Shown: positions 24,701 through 37,251 of the stretch, piece after piece
Layout of the letters: each line of letters opens with the position of its first letter
Position numbering within the stretch: the first letter of the stretch is position 1
Assembly: GCA_043228905.1 (NCBI GenBank)
Contig: JBHGNT010000139.1
Coordinates: 1-64,000 of the forward strand
Length of the DNA: 64,000 nt
Source: Azolla caroliniana
Lineage: Eukaryota; Plantae; Polypodiophyta
Reading direction: 5' to 3'
Notes under the pieces: generated by a model
Told to the model about the DNA's origin: nothing
Databases searched by the model: none
What the model saw: only the letters and a program-made list of their open reading frames with translations
Made by a program: the position numbers and the translations under genes

Positions 24701-26958
24701 GAAACAGGGAGGCACAGATTACTTACTCAATGGGAGTAAGGTAAGTCCATAAAGCTTTTATTCTCGAATTTAAACATTTGTCGTGTGTATAGATGAGCAA
24801 AGATTAAACAGCTTAAGTGAGTGCTTGACTTGAAGGCTCCAAAGCTTTTTCTGATGCTTATGCATTTTTTATTCTTCATCTCTGTATGGTTTTGTGACTG
24901 TTGAATTGAAAAAACATTATTCATGAAAAGTTAATTCATTGTTTACAGTTGTGACTCTTTCTATTCTGACATATTCAAATTATCAGGAAGAAAATGCTGT
25001 TGTCTTTTCTAATGGAAACCTTAGTTAACTGAAGTAACTCATTTAAAGTTGCTTTATACACAAGATTCTAATAATATTTACATAAATAATGCTAATTTAA
25101 TTATCTAAAGTATAAGGGCCAAGCATATCCCTTAATCTTATGGTAAAAATTCTCGTAAAATAAAAATTAAAAGAAACAACTCTGATATGTGTGGAATGGC
25201 TCATTATTTCTTGTGAGAGTTCGAAGTTTTGAGGGGTAACACTTTAGGAACATGTATAAGTTATCTTGTTGAGAAGACTGGTGGATGTGAGTGATCAATA
25301 TGAGCATTTTCATTGTTAGATACAAATTGGAGATCGTTTTCTGTCTTGTGTTTTTCTTTTTGATAAACATCGTTGTATATATATTCTGCTTATCTGTTGG
25401 TTCAACATAGCTCAAAAGTGAGGACTTCTAGAATGTATATATTCAGTTGTGCTTTCTTTTTAGCATTTGTTCAGTGTTTTTGTCTTTGACCTATAATGGA
25501 TGCAGTGCCAATAGGTCATTGTTTTCCTGTGACATGAAGCTATCACACCGATTATACATTTTTTTAATTTTTAAATCTCCAGGCATTTATCAGCGGAGGT
25601 GGCGTTAGTGATGTATACTTGGTTATGGCACGAACTAGTGATGGTGGACCTAAGGGCATAACATGCTTTCTACTTGAAAAAGTAAAATTCACCTGCAAAG
25701 AAACCTAACTGCATTTATGACCCATTATATAAAAGAAATGTCTCATTATTGAGCTCAGGGTATGGAGGGCTTATCCTTTGGTCGTCCAGAACATAAGCTT
25801 GGTTGGCGCTCACAACCAACAACCTCGGTGAGTTTGTCAACTCAAGTCTTAAACACAATGCATGCAGACACACACATATTTGTCTCTATATGTAGAAACA
25901 TTGTTCCCGAACTATTTATCTGCAGGTCTCAATTATTGTGCCATATATAGAAATCATTTTTCCTGAAGAGTTTATGTGCAGGTTACATTGGATGATGTGA
26001 AAGTCCCTGGTACCCACATTATTGGGGAAGAGAACCAAGGATTCAAGATTGCCCTTTCTGGATTAGATGGTGGCCGAATAAATATTGGGGCATGCAGGTT
26101 ATACTCTTTTCTCTGGTGTAATGAGAAATAAGAGTTAAATAATGTTGTCTATTATCATGCTGAAACTTCTCTCAATCAAATCTTCAGTATTGGAGGTGCC
26201 CAATTTTGCCTTGATGCTGCGGTAGGATATGTGAAAGGGCGGAAGCAAGTAAGGAGAATGTGGATACAATATAGTGAAAACATGATGCATCCCTAAAGAA
26301 TTTCTGACGGTTTTCACAGTTTGGCAAAGCAATTGCAGAATTTCAAAATACTCAATTTAAGCTCTCTGATATGGCGATGAGGGTTCAAGCATCCAGGTTG
26401 ATGGTAGCACATGCTGCATCTGCATTTGATGCTAATGCATCTGGATTCACAGCTTCTGCTGCGATGGCAAAGTGGTAACGAAATAGGATATATAAAGGCT
26501 CACTTGTTTTGAGAAAGTTTCAATGGTTAAATGTATCTTTCGAGGAATGTTACCTATGTCTAGTGTGTTCTTCACTTACGTCTTTTGTGGAAGTATTACA
26601 CAGGTTGGCTGGTAACATTTCTAGTTTACTTTCATCTTTTGAGGTAGTAACACAGGTCTAATTTTTGTACTTAAATGACATTAATGAAGGTATGCCACGC
26701 AGACATGTTACAATGTGTGCAATGATGCACTCCAATTGTATGGGGGATATGGTTACCTCAACGATTATCCAGTATGTGGTGATGACATCATTTTTACAGT
26801 TAGTGATGACAAATCATTATTTGTTTAGCTTGTCTCATTATATCAGCGTTTCATGTCTGCAGATCGAAAGGTATGTGCGAGATTTGCGTGTGCATACGAT
26901 TCTTGAAGGTACCAATGAAATCATGCAGCTGATAGTTGCGAAGGAAATGTTGAAATAG
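21711..26958 (+). CDS. ACAD8: Mitochondrial acyl-CoA dehydrogenase, isobutyryl-CoA dehydrogenase (ACAD8/IBD) type
   Basis: 13 exons: 21711-21872, 22809-22945, 24213-24320, 24401-24452, 24551-24613, 24687-24740, 25583-25681, 25759-25827, 25982-26097, 26188-26248, 26320-26474, 26690-26771, 26863-26958. All GT-AG with an open frame. Arg/Ser-rich presequence, then [97 protein letters not shown], which follow ACAD8 (HQILEGSNE) rather than IVD. Confidence 0.9.
23491..23965. repeat. Diverged direct duplication (~240 bp x 2) in ACAD8 intron 2
   Basis: CCTCTTCTACAACAAAAG...CTCATAAGA...CTGTAATGCCAAATACC...AAATT(G/A)AAGATG occurs at ~23491 and ~23733. Confidence 0.7.
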
Positions 26959-27084
26959 GGCAAACTAATACCAGTAAATGTGGATACACTGAACTAGTTA
27001 GTGTAGCTGATGTTGTATCTTTTGTTGCTACCCAATAAATATTACATATAATTATGTGTAATATCCAAATTATATATATAAATG

Positions 27085-27088
<4 letters not shown>

Positions 27089-27131
<43 letters not shown>
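27089..27131. repeat. (TA)n microsatellite downstream of the ACAD8 stop
   Basis: About 20 TA units. Confidence 0.9.
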
Positions 27132-27135
<4 letters not shown>

Positions 27136-28639
27136 TATATTTGCACATATCGATTAGTTAAGCGTTGATCCAGAAGAAGAATGTCTTTCCAGTGTATATC
27201 GTTTGTATTGATCACTGATTAGCTATTAAACTGTTGATCCATAAGAGGAATGCTCATGGTAACAATTGCATAAGAAGAGCATTTGGCAAATATCAGAATG
27301 TCTTCTAAATAATAGAAGTGCATTGGATGGAAACTAGAGGAACATGTATTGTGTTTTCCTAAAACCTGTGTGGATCCACCAATGCTCCAGTAATATAAAT
27401 GAATGGTATCATCTGCATTCCATTGTGCAAGTGGGTCTGAGCAACATTAAGACAGAACTGTGGACTGCTTTGATTGAAGGGAAGAAACCAAAGAATCCAG
27501 GAGAGGCTACTGTCTTTTGAGCTTTCTAACCATTAATAAAACTAAACCATGTTAGCTTCTGTATCATACTTTGATTATATTTTGCATTTATCTTTTCATC
27601 CATGCGATCATGCAGTTTTGGCTATGTGAGATGCAGCTCTTACTAATTAAACAATTTGCAGAGCCATGGAGATTAGGCAAGACAAGGTTCAATACGTGAT
27701 TCTCACTCTCCAATGTAGAGGCATTCCAATACTCTTTCAAAAGAGAAGATCAACTCTAAAATAAGGTAACCAAAGGTATTATTATACCTTGGCTATCACT
27801 AGATGGATCCATGGAAATCATAACCTTTGTGTGTAATATATGTGACTTGGAGATGGATATCACGCTGTCTGCCTAATTATGGTTTTAGACCTATTTCGCA
27901 ACAGCATATGAGTTTTCTTGATGTATGTCTCCTATCAAAGAAGGAATATTCATACTTTGAAGTTTCAAAGCACAATGTCTCTTTGTGGATATGGCCAACA
28001 CAACCTTCTAGGTGGTGCCTTACGTATGTAACACTCTTTAAGCTATCATCCCTGCTTAATGTCATCAGAGCATTGCACTATATGTTGAGATGTAAAAAGT
28101 GATGTTCATCCTGTATTAAGCCTTCATCCCATAGATTTACATTTGACACATCTTGATGCCATGATGAAACTTGAATACCGAACTTGTGTGACGGAGGTCA
28201 AAGGAGAGACATCTCAGTGAGAGTTAGTACATGCCCTCTATATTTGTCACATTTTGACGTCGTAATATATCGTCTTCAGAGATTCAATACCAATCTAACC
28301 GAGAAAGGAGTATTTTCATCCACATATGGCAAGGATCAAAGGTCACCAAAGGAGAAGATATACCAGGAAGGGTCTGGACAAAGGGTGAGGGGAGTACAAG
28401 GTAACGGGGTTTTGGACAAATACAAAATCAAGAGTGGCAGTGGAAAGGTAAGAAAAGCAAATGTTTATAGGAATTGCTTGCTCCCTAATACACATTATAT
28501 TAAATGCAACTCATTAATGATCTTGGGATTACCATTGTTTAGGTCAAATTCTCCATGCAAAAACAATGCACAAATATGTACGCCCCCTTCTTGGACATTT
28601 GAGAATATCATTTAGATTATCACACAAACAAGTCATCAT

Positions 28640-29060
28640 GCTTCTAGCATATTACCTCGTATTTCAAGTATGTGAGAAATTATATTCATCCTCCACTAAG
28701 TTTTCATTACATACCTTACATATCATCATACTTTAGTGATGATGCCATGATGTATCTCAACACTTCCTGTAATGAGTTTGATACAGTTGGATAAATTCTT
28801 GCCAATTTTGACACTTTAGCATCTTGCCAATTCATCCTTAGTGCCTCAAGTGACCTATCCACAATGATCACATAAACAATAGCATCGCCAAAGAGCTCCA
28901 ATAGATCTTCGTCTTCTATAAACCATTTCATAATGTCAAGCACCTTGCCATGTCAAGATTTTGCACTTACTAGTTTTTTGTTGCATCCTATGCTCCAATC
29001 TTTAATTGGGCACAAGCACTCATCAGTAGGGAAAATGGCACAATGGATGTAGGTACAAAG
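28640..29060 (-). mobile_element. Decayed LINE 3' fragment
   Basis: Minus ORF MLDIMKWF...EDLLELFGDAIVYVIIVDRSLEALRMNWQD resembles the 3050-3200 LINE relic (WLVDIKKWF..EDLSELSSDAM..DERLMESLRKKWED). VEDEYNF at ~28680-28700 resembles the IEDEYHF of the LINE zinc-finger. Confidence 0.55.
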
Positions 29061-30593
29061 AGTCCAAATTCTCCATCCATAGCATAACAAAACAAGAATA
29101 CAGTTGAAGATGTCATGTGTAGATTAAAACCCAGGGGACTTATACCCTATAATTAGAATGGTGGATAGACCTGATTCAGCCAATAAACCATACCGAGCTA
29201 GAATATAGTCTGCTTGCAACAATACTGTAAGCAAAATGCCCAAAACTATGCAATCCAAGTGCTCATACAAGAAGATGATGACCTGCTATGGATGTCTGTT
29301 AGATCAAATCGAACAAGAGAAAAAAAATCATCAATAAATGGTAAAATAGCACCACATGAACATCACTTACATCTATGTGATTACAAAAGAGAGCATTACC
29401 TACATTCAACCACTGCAAATAATGATGGCTTATGATTCAGAGCACATGTTCATAGGTGAATTAGAGATGTTTTTGAATTGACAACCACGATTCCTAGCAG
29501 CTCAAATTTCCCTTTATAGATTCGATGACTAGCTCTACTGCCTCATCATTTTCATCTATAAAATATGGACTTAAAATAAACTAAGCATTTCTGACACGCT
29601 CCAGTTCAACTCTCAGAATTCATAAGCTTACCAAACCAAGAAACAGATGATCCATCCTGAACGTTAAGAACAGCACAGGTTACACAGAGCCAACAAATCA
29701 AGACCCATTCAGTAACTGTAGCTCTCCACGCAATCATGTTATCGTAGAAGATCATTGACCTGAATGGTTCCGAAATAACACTTCAATTGATCAGGCATAT
29801 GTTCTAAACAATCAACTTATCGAGATTACATCAGAACAAATGGGAGAGATACAACCAATGAATGAATGAATGCTTAAATACCACAGTACTACATGACATT
29901 TGACGTAAACATGAAAATAACACAATACTACATGACATCTGACATGACCACATTTTTTAATGCTCATATAAACACTTCAATAATCAACAACCTCAAAACC
30001 TTTAAGTATATATTCAAATCTAATCAACAGCAAGAAGAAGAGATAGACGGAAAAATGTTATTGGCATCTTTACACCACACTATACAATCCAACATTACTC
30101 AAAAAAACGATCAATAAGCTTATATTGTTGTCTGTAGACACGGGAAATAAAGAACCAACATCTCCATAATCCCGAAAAATGTGGCTTACGCTTCACATAA
30201 TCAATGCACACAACTTCCAACAAAAATTATTCAAAAAGAAGCCCATATACCATCAATATCCAACAAAAGATACTATATTTGTTCAATCTCTAAATAAACG
30301 AGTTGAACAAAGTCTCTGTACATATATCCAAAAAGTGACAACATGCCTCTAGGAAACAGTTTTTAACCTGTAGCCGCTCATAACGTCTCCCAAAAATAAC
30401 GTTCGTCTATTAAATTCAAACTACTACACAATCGCTTATATCATTTCAAAAGGAAACTGTAGGAAGACAAACCTTGTTCTCATTCATTGAAACCTTACAG
30501 ACCTTGGCATGATAGTGTAAAACAGAACTGTCATTCCCATAACAACCAAGCAAGGCAGCGACCTTTCCGATGCCAAGAGAAGCAAAACCAAAA

Positions 30594-31762
30594 CTAAAAC
30601 TCTTGAGATGCACTACCAATCTCATCCCCCTTGGATTTTCCAATAGATTTCTTTGGCAGAAGCATTGCATTAATGTTAGGAAGAACACCACCATCGGCAA
30701 TCGTAACAGAACCTAGGAGCTTGCTTAATTCTTCATCGTTTCTCACGGCCAGTTGAATATGCCTGGGCACAATCCTATTCTTTTTATTGTCACGTGCGGC
30801 ATTTCCAGCAAGCTCCAGCACCTTTAAGTTCCAACAATGAAAATTTATGAGACAAGAAACAAAACATAAATATCCACTAGTTTCCTCTGTAGGACAGACT
30901 TTAAAAAACAGCATAGGAAAAGGCGACGACGGAATAAAACTAGTCTTTATGCTTGGAAGAGTCGACAAGTCAACAGAATATATAAAGTTAAGGACGCCAA
31001 AACCGGACAATGAAAGAATAAAACAATAATCACATCGATGGATGTGGATATCTTCCGCGGATCAAATAAACTTCCATTGTAACTATGCTAAGCGATGGTT
31101 TGGAGGATACGAGGAAAGAACCAACTCGACACAAAATCAATGTATGCATCTACCAGAGAAAAGCTAAGATCCTAATGATACAAAAAACAGAATATAAATA
31201 TCTTCTAGCAATAGGACAAAAGCCGGCAACGCATTGGCGAACTACCATCAAGACCACAAAAGCAATCGGAACAAGAAAAATTATTGTACAATCATTGTAC
31301 AAGGAACCCCGATTACGATCACTCGTAACACCGATTAAGAAAAAATGCATAATGAATGTTAATATATCAAAAAAGAAGACGTAAACATATAAAACAAAAC
31401 ATCAAGAAACGGAAAGATTGAAGCAACCACATGATTAAAAGCAGTCTTGGATTGAAGAAAGAAAGAAGAGAGAGAGAGAGAGTGAGTGAGACAAATACTG
31501 CGAAGGGAATAGAAATATGACCAAAAGAAAGAAGGGAAAGGATCTGAGAGAGAGAGAGAGAGAGAGAGAGAGATCATACCTCTGCAGCGAGGTATTCCAA
31601 GACAGCAGCGAGGTAGACAGGAGCGCCAGCGCCGACGCGCTCGGCGTATTTGCCTGCTTTGAGGAAGCGAGCGATCCTGCCAACGGGGAACTGAAGGCCG
31701 GCCTTGTGCGATCGAGAGACGGATTTGGAGGATGCAGTCTTGCCGCGGCCACCGGAGCTCAT
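30594..31762 (-). CDS. H2AX: Histone H2A.X, 136 aa
   Basis: Exon 1 31762-31580 (MSSGGRGK...[15 protein letters not shown]...VLEYLAAE), intron GTATGA...AAAG, exon 2 30821-30594 ([32 protein letters not shown]...GSASQEF*). C-terminal SQEF is diagnostic of plant H2A.X. Confidence 0.97.
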
Positions 31763-31825
31763 CGTGGAATGGGAAAAATGGAGGTGCAGGCGAAGCGAAG
31801 AGAAACTGCAGAAGGAGAAGGAGAA

Positions 31826-31881
31826 GAAGCTTCTAGAAGATGAAGCTTCTAGAAGGAGAAGCTTCTAGAAGGAGAAGTTTC
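31826..31881. promoter_or_regulatory. Three tandem perfect heat-shock-element-like motifs (16-bp period) in the putative H2A.X 5' UTR
   Basis: GAAgcTTCtaGAA at 31826-31838, 31842-31854 and 31858-31870, plus partial GAAgtTTC at 31874-31881. Function untested. Confidence 0.5.
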
Positions 31882-31984
31882 TGCAGAAGCCGGCGGCGGA
31901 GAGAAGGAGAAGAAGAAATGGAAATCGCGCGTCTTTCTGTTTCTCTCAGAAGAAGAAGAGAAAATGGGACCCTGGAGGCGGAGC

Positions 31985-32203
31985 TTTTTTATAGTGACGG
32001 AAGGCCTCTGGCAGCCGTCCGATCGCTTTTTCCCGCGCGCCACGTGGCAGGCTCCACGGCCGTCCGATCTTCCCCACCGGATAGCCCACGTGGCACCCCC
32101 CCCCCCCCCCCTCTCTCTCTCTCTCTCTTCTCAATCTCCCGGGAAACTGACCCCCAACCGTATCTCATAACCAAAGGGCTTCCGAGAGCCTTCCAGAATC
32201 TTC
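31985..32203 (-). promoter_or_regulatory. H2A.X promoter: TATA, CCGTCC boxes, E2F site, G-boxes, HSE
   Basis: Minus-strand TATAAAAAA at ~31985-31993. CCGTCC at 32015-32020 and 32060-32065 (plant histone promoter motif). TTTCCCGC E2F consensus at 32029-32036. CCACGTGG at 32040-32047 and 32086-32093. TTCcaGAAtcTTC at 32191-32203. Confidence 0.65.
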
Positions 32204-32711
32204 CAAATGCCTTCCGAGAAATCTAAGCACAGCCTCAATTTGCCATGCTAATATTAATCTCTCTCTCTCTCTCTCTCTCTTCCGAGGATATTAAGGACGA
32301 GATTAAAAAGGTTAATGAAGAGGTACGATGCGACATGGAATTAGCGAAAACCGGTTGGGTCGACGTAGTCAAACGTAACATTAAAAAGGAACTTAAAGAT
32401 GAAAAAAATTTGTAAACACTACCCTTGCTTGAGGAAGAGAAAATGTGTCAAGCTCGGCGCCTAAATGCACGTGTCACTGGGCTCAAAGGGCATCTCCAGA
32501 CGAAGATGCACAAACACTCGAGAAAATGTTAGGGTACACAAAGGCCCTACCAATCACCAAAACTTGGAGGGTCGGACATGACACTACTAGGAAGAGAGCT
32601 TTAGTCCTCCAGTTTAAGGACTTGGAATCTAGAATCACCTTTTTTAAGAAGAGACCAATTCTTCGAGGATTAGGAGGGGACCCTATCTACCTAGATGAGG
32701 ACCTCACCTAG

Positions 32712-33280
32712 AACGGAGCTTCACTATACAGTGGATATACAATGACGAGATCATAGTACAACACTCTCTACATAGAGTGTAAAACAGTCTCGCAGGACTC
32801 TTGGCGTATGCTGTTTTTGAACACAGCTATGGCGTTGCTCACTCTCTCTCCTCACGTTCACACTCTTCACTATTTCTTACATGCATCAAAACTGTTTGCC
32901 CTAAGTGTATTTTATACTTATACCCTATATGGGCTATTTACAAATGTAGTCACTTCTATTGTCATTCCTATTATTATCTAATAATAATAATAATAATAGT
33001 CTTACGAATCAACCGACTCATTCGTCGACTGTTGGGTCGGTCCGACTAGTCCACCTAGTCATCGACCATCCAGTCGGCCCGACTAGCCAGTCGTGTCTTC
33101 GACCTCGATCAACTCTCTCGAAGTCGACTCCTCAACCATCGGCTCTCATCCGACCAGTCGACTGCTTGCTCCCTGTATTCGATTGTCGACTCTCTCCGAG
33201 CAGTCGGCTACCCCATGTATTCGACTGTCGGCTCTCTCCAAGCAGTCGGCTCCTCCCACTAGAGGGACATATTCCTAACA
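32712..33280 (-). mobile_element. Truncated copia LTR (relative of the 41047/45828 LTR family) inside the LINE
   Basis: Reverse complement starts TGTTAGGAATATGTCCCTCTAGTGGGAGGA, identical to the start of the 45828 LTR. It also contains CGCCATAGCTGTGT...ATTGTATATCCACT...ATAGTGAAG but lacks the last ~150 bp. Confidence 0.82.
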
Positions 33281-33792
33281 CTCTCTGACATATACTCCGG
33301 ACATGTTCAAGCCCAGTTCTCCTCTATTGATTCTTCCCTGCCTTTAGAGAACCTAACTACATAACTCATGCACATCCTTCACTCAATATCGATTAGTAGC
33401 TTCCCATACACGAAACACTCCAATCAAAATAGAATAGGGTCTATGCCACATAATAGGTGGAATGGTGAAGATCATAGAGCTCTATATAGACAACTAAAAG
33501 TGTCACGACTTAGTGGTACTATTTCCTTAGTACAGGCTCGCAAAGAGATGCACAAGATGACACGTTGTAAAAGACGAGCTTGGGAAGCATCTCAATATTA
33601 GGAACTCTACCACATGCTCATGAGTAGGGACTGCGCACTTGTATGGAAGAGACTACGGGAACTGAGACCACAAACACCCATCGAGGATCCCCACACTTGG
33701 CACACATATACTGATAGAATCTACCATGTCTCGAACCAACCACCCATTCCAATGCCTTCCACACCTCGATCTACCACGAGGACACTTTTCAC

Positions 33793-34120
33793 AACTTCTA
33801 GGGTCACGAAGGTCATAAAAAAATTACAACATTGGAAGTCCATGGACCACACAGGATTGCGAGCCGAACACATCATATATGCTCTAGAGTGCCTACCTCC
33901 TTTTCTCACTCTAATCTTCAACCGTGCCCTCGCCGAGGGTTTTCCACCACAATGGAACTTCTAGGGTCACGAAGGTCATAAACAAATTACAACATAGGAA
34001 GTCCATGGACCACACAGGATTGCGAGCCGAACACATCATATATGCTCTAGAGGGCCTAGCTCCTTTTCTCACTCTAATCTTCAACTATGCCCTCCTCGCC
34101 AAGGGTTTTCCACCACCATG
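33793..34120. repeat. 163-bp tandem duplication within LINE ORF2
   Basis: AACTTCTAGGGTCACGAAGGTCATAAA... at 33793 and 33956; causes a frameshift. Confidence 0.88.
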
Positions 34121-36594
34121 GACCATGAACACAATAGCCCCTATACATAAAGGAGGGAACCCAATGGACTCAAATACATATCAGACCATTATGATAGGTC
34201 ATACACTCGCTAAACTATATGGTGCAATACTGGAAGTAAAGCTCAGCGATTATATGGAGACCTTAAGCCTTCGAGCACCTGAGCAGGCTGGCTTTAGACT
34301 AGCCTTCTCCACTATTGAGCATATCTTCACACTTAGATGCTTAATTGACTAGACGAAGACTCGCAAGAAGAAACTATATTGTTGCTTTGTGGACTTCCGC
34401 AAAGCCTTTGACATAGTTATTTGATACGCTTAGAAGCTTGGAGATACCAAATGACATGATTTAGGCCATCTATGCTCTATATGAGAAAGTCTATGGGTGT
34501 GTCAGATGCCTAGGTGGCCTCTTTGATTGCTTCACCGACACCATTGACGTAAAACAGGGTTGCCCCCTATCATCAACTCTTTTGGGATCTACATTGATGA
34601 GATCACTAATTTTATTGCTTGTAAGAGAGGCAACATAGTAGCCATTGGGGGCACACAAGTTAGTCTCTTACTCTATGTTGACGACATAGTTATGCTCTCA
34701 GAGTCTGAACACAACCTACAAAAAGCACCTTCATGCCCTAGATGACTTTTGCACACAACAAGGATTGGTAGTGAATCTAACGAAAACTAAAGCCCTTATC
34801 TTTCACACATCGTCTCGAGTTAGGAGTAAGTGTCACCTACTCCTCTCTCATAAACTAGTTGAGGTAGTTGGATCTTATGTATATCTGGGAGTCACTTTTA
34901 GTGCTCGTTCAGGTAAATCCTCAATGACCAGGCATCCAAAGATAGGTAATTTTGTTGTAATTTCTGTAATTTCTGTTATTAAGAAGGTAATGTTTTTTTT
35001 GCAATTTTAAAAAAAAAAATTACCTTGAAAAAATATTTACCTTATAGTAAATAATTTATCCAAAAGTATGGTATTTATCATTCTTCCACGGTGTTTACCC
35101 TTCTCGAATGATTGAATCATTCTCGAACATGAATGCACGAATGGTACACATGGTTCATACTATGCAAGTTTCAAGAGCCACGGACTAAGGGATGGCTCTT
35201 CAACTCATGAGTGACCCCGTCACTCATGTATGCATCAGTGGTATGGGCTCTAGGTCTACCATCCTTCATGTGGACGCAATTAGAGAGACCTTTGGTGATG
35301 ATGTTATCATGTCAACTCCGAAGCAAATCGACAGTACCACATGACATTATTAGAGCAGAGTTCAGTCTACCCCCAATGTTAGTAGAAGCACTCTTCCAAT
35401 TGGTAGTTTTTATTCATAGGATACATAACCAACCACAGGATAGGATATCCCGTCAAGCTTTTGAGGCATCCCGATCCCTATATGAGTCCGGAGATAGTAG
35501 CTCTTGGTATAACATTGTAGTGCGTTGGTTACTTGCAAATGGCATAGACATTAATAACCTACTTCCCATTAAGTACAACCATGGGATTGATCAAACTTTA
35601 ATCTCTCATGAGAACCGTAATAAAGTAATATGCCAAGAAATATGGAAAATTTATACCCGATATAAATGGATCACCCCACGAGAGCCATTCCCATCTAAAA
35701 TGTTTTACTATAAGCAACACTTCATGCACTTCTCTAAGCTAGGTTTTATTACACGACCAAAATATTTAGATACATTATTGATAGATGCACTAAGGGTGGC
35801 CATTGGACAATTTAGGATATCATCTCACCAACTTGAGATTGAGAATGGTGATACTAATGGAGTTCTTATAGAGGAAAGGCTATGTGGGTTATGTCACATA
35901 GAGATAGAGGATGAGTATCACTTTACATGCAAGTGTCCAACCTATGCCGAGATAAGGGTGAAATACCAAGACATACTAGGACCCTCTCCCACCCTCTCCA
36001 AACTATTAGATACCCCGGATATAAAGAGAGTAGGTATGTATATCTTAGAGCTAAAACAAGATAGGGAGGAAAAACCACAAAATGTTAACCATAATCATTT
36101 TAATATTCACCAACATGTAACTAATATAATTTTTCAGGAACAAGGGGAGACGATGAATGTGGACACACCTACACCACTCGGCCTCTCTCTTGATGAAGTA
36201 GAAATGCAAAGAACAACCAAACGTCCTCGGATGTTGGGCTTCAAAGCAACTCGACGTGGTGTAGAAACAATTAAGAAGATAAGGGAACGTGAGCTACGTC
36301 GCCTAGCAGCTATGGTTACGGTATCTTTTACATTGAGACCAAGGGCCACCTCCACATCGAAATCCTTTGACCTGCCTCTTCTTTTCGAGAGACTTGGATG
36401 GAAATGAAACTAGGCCTAGTATAAAGTCTTTTCCTTATAGAACATGTTTTTTTTGCTAGAACTCTTTAGCTTAAGGTCTATATTATATTTATATTTACTT
36501 TTGATGAATGGGCAAATACCCCCTTTTTATTGTAAACCAATTGTCTCATGGGCCAATTTTGGTCTTAGAAGATGTTAATACATCTTTCTTTCTT

Positions 36595-36630
<36 letters not shown>

Positions 36631-37204
36631 GGTCTTATGTTGACCATTTTGGCCTCATAGAAGACGTTAATATCTCTCCCTCTCTCCCTCTTTGTAAATA
36701 ATGGCTTCCATTACGAATGAAAAAAACACACACCATCATAACTAACTTACTAGAAAGTATGGAACCTTTCTAGGGAGCTAAACACTACTACGGTTACAAA
36801 CTCAATGCCACCTTACACACCAATTCAAATAGTGAATATTATGTGATATGGCAGAGTTTTCTCTCTTCATGGTTGAGAGTTCGTGACTTCATTAGCATTG
36901 GCAATCGCCACAAAAGAAGACCTTTTAATTTCACAACATACTTTCTCACCTTAACTTACGAAACAAAAGTGAAGGCATTCCGCATATTCCAATTGAACCA
37001 TAGCTGCCCCCAATACCTTAATAACTCAAAATATAATTCGGAAATGAGGCATCGGTTCATTTTTCTTCGTATGTGCAAAAACCCAACTTAAGGAAGATAG
37101 ACTTACTCTAGTTAGAGATGTCCACACTAAAGTGTTACACTCCAAACCATCCTAGTCATCGGGCATGAAAGAAATCGATGTTTACTATGTTCCAATTCCA
37201 CATA

Positions 37205-37251
<47 letters not shown>

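Larger units (their letters stand above)
32281..36626 (+). mobile_element. Decayed LINE (non-LTR retrotransposon), RTE/RTEX-like assignment tentative
   Basis: ORF1-like remnant (TWRVG...LVLQFKDLESR...PIYLDEDLT). RT motifs IAPIHKGG, EQAGFR..FSTIEHIFTLR, CFVDFRKAFD, VKQGCPLS, LLYVDDIV, YVYLGV. C-terminal HQLEIE..ERLCGLC..EDEYHFTCKC (ORF 35211-36407). Ends AATACA+(TCTT)n(TC)n. Endonuclease not seen. Confidence 0.88.

Noticed and set aside
29640-29780. Possible C/D-box snoRNA downstream of H2A.X on the minus strand
   Set aside because: Box C is non-canonical and I could not identify an rRNA-complementary guide.
30594-31010. 138-aa ORF as a histone with a novel N-terminus
   Set aside because: The N-terminal part is intron read-through; the real exon 2 begins at 30821.
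4397-31762. Functional gene cluster (two mitochondrial proteins, a hydrolase and H2A.X)
   Set aside because: No shared pathway or shared motif is evident; adjacency alone is not evidence.
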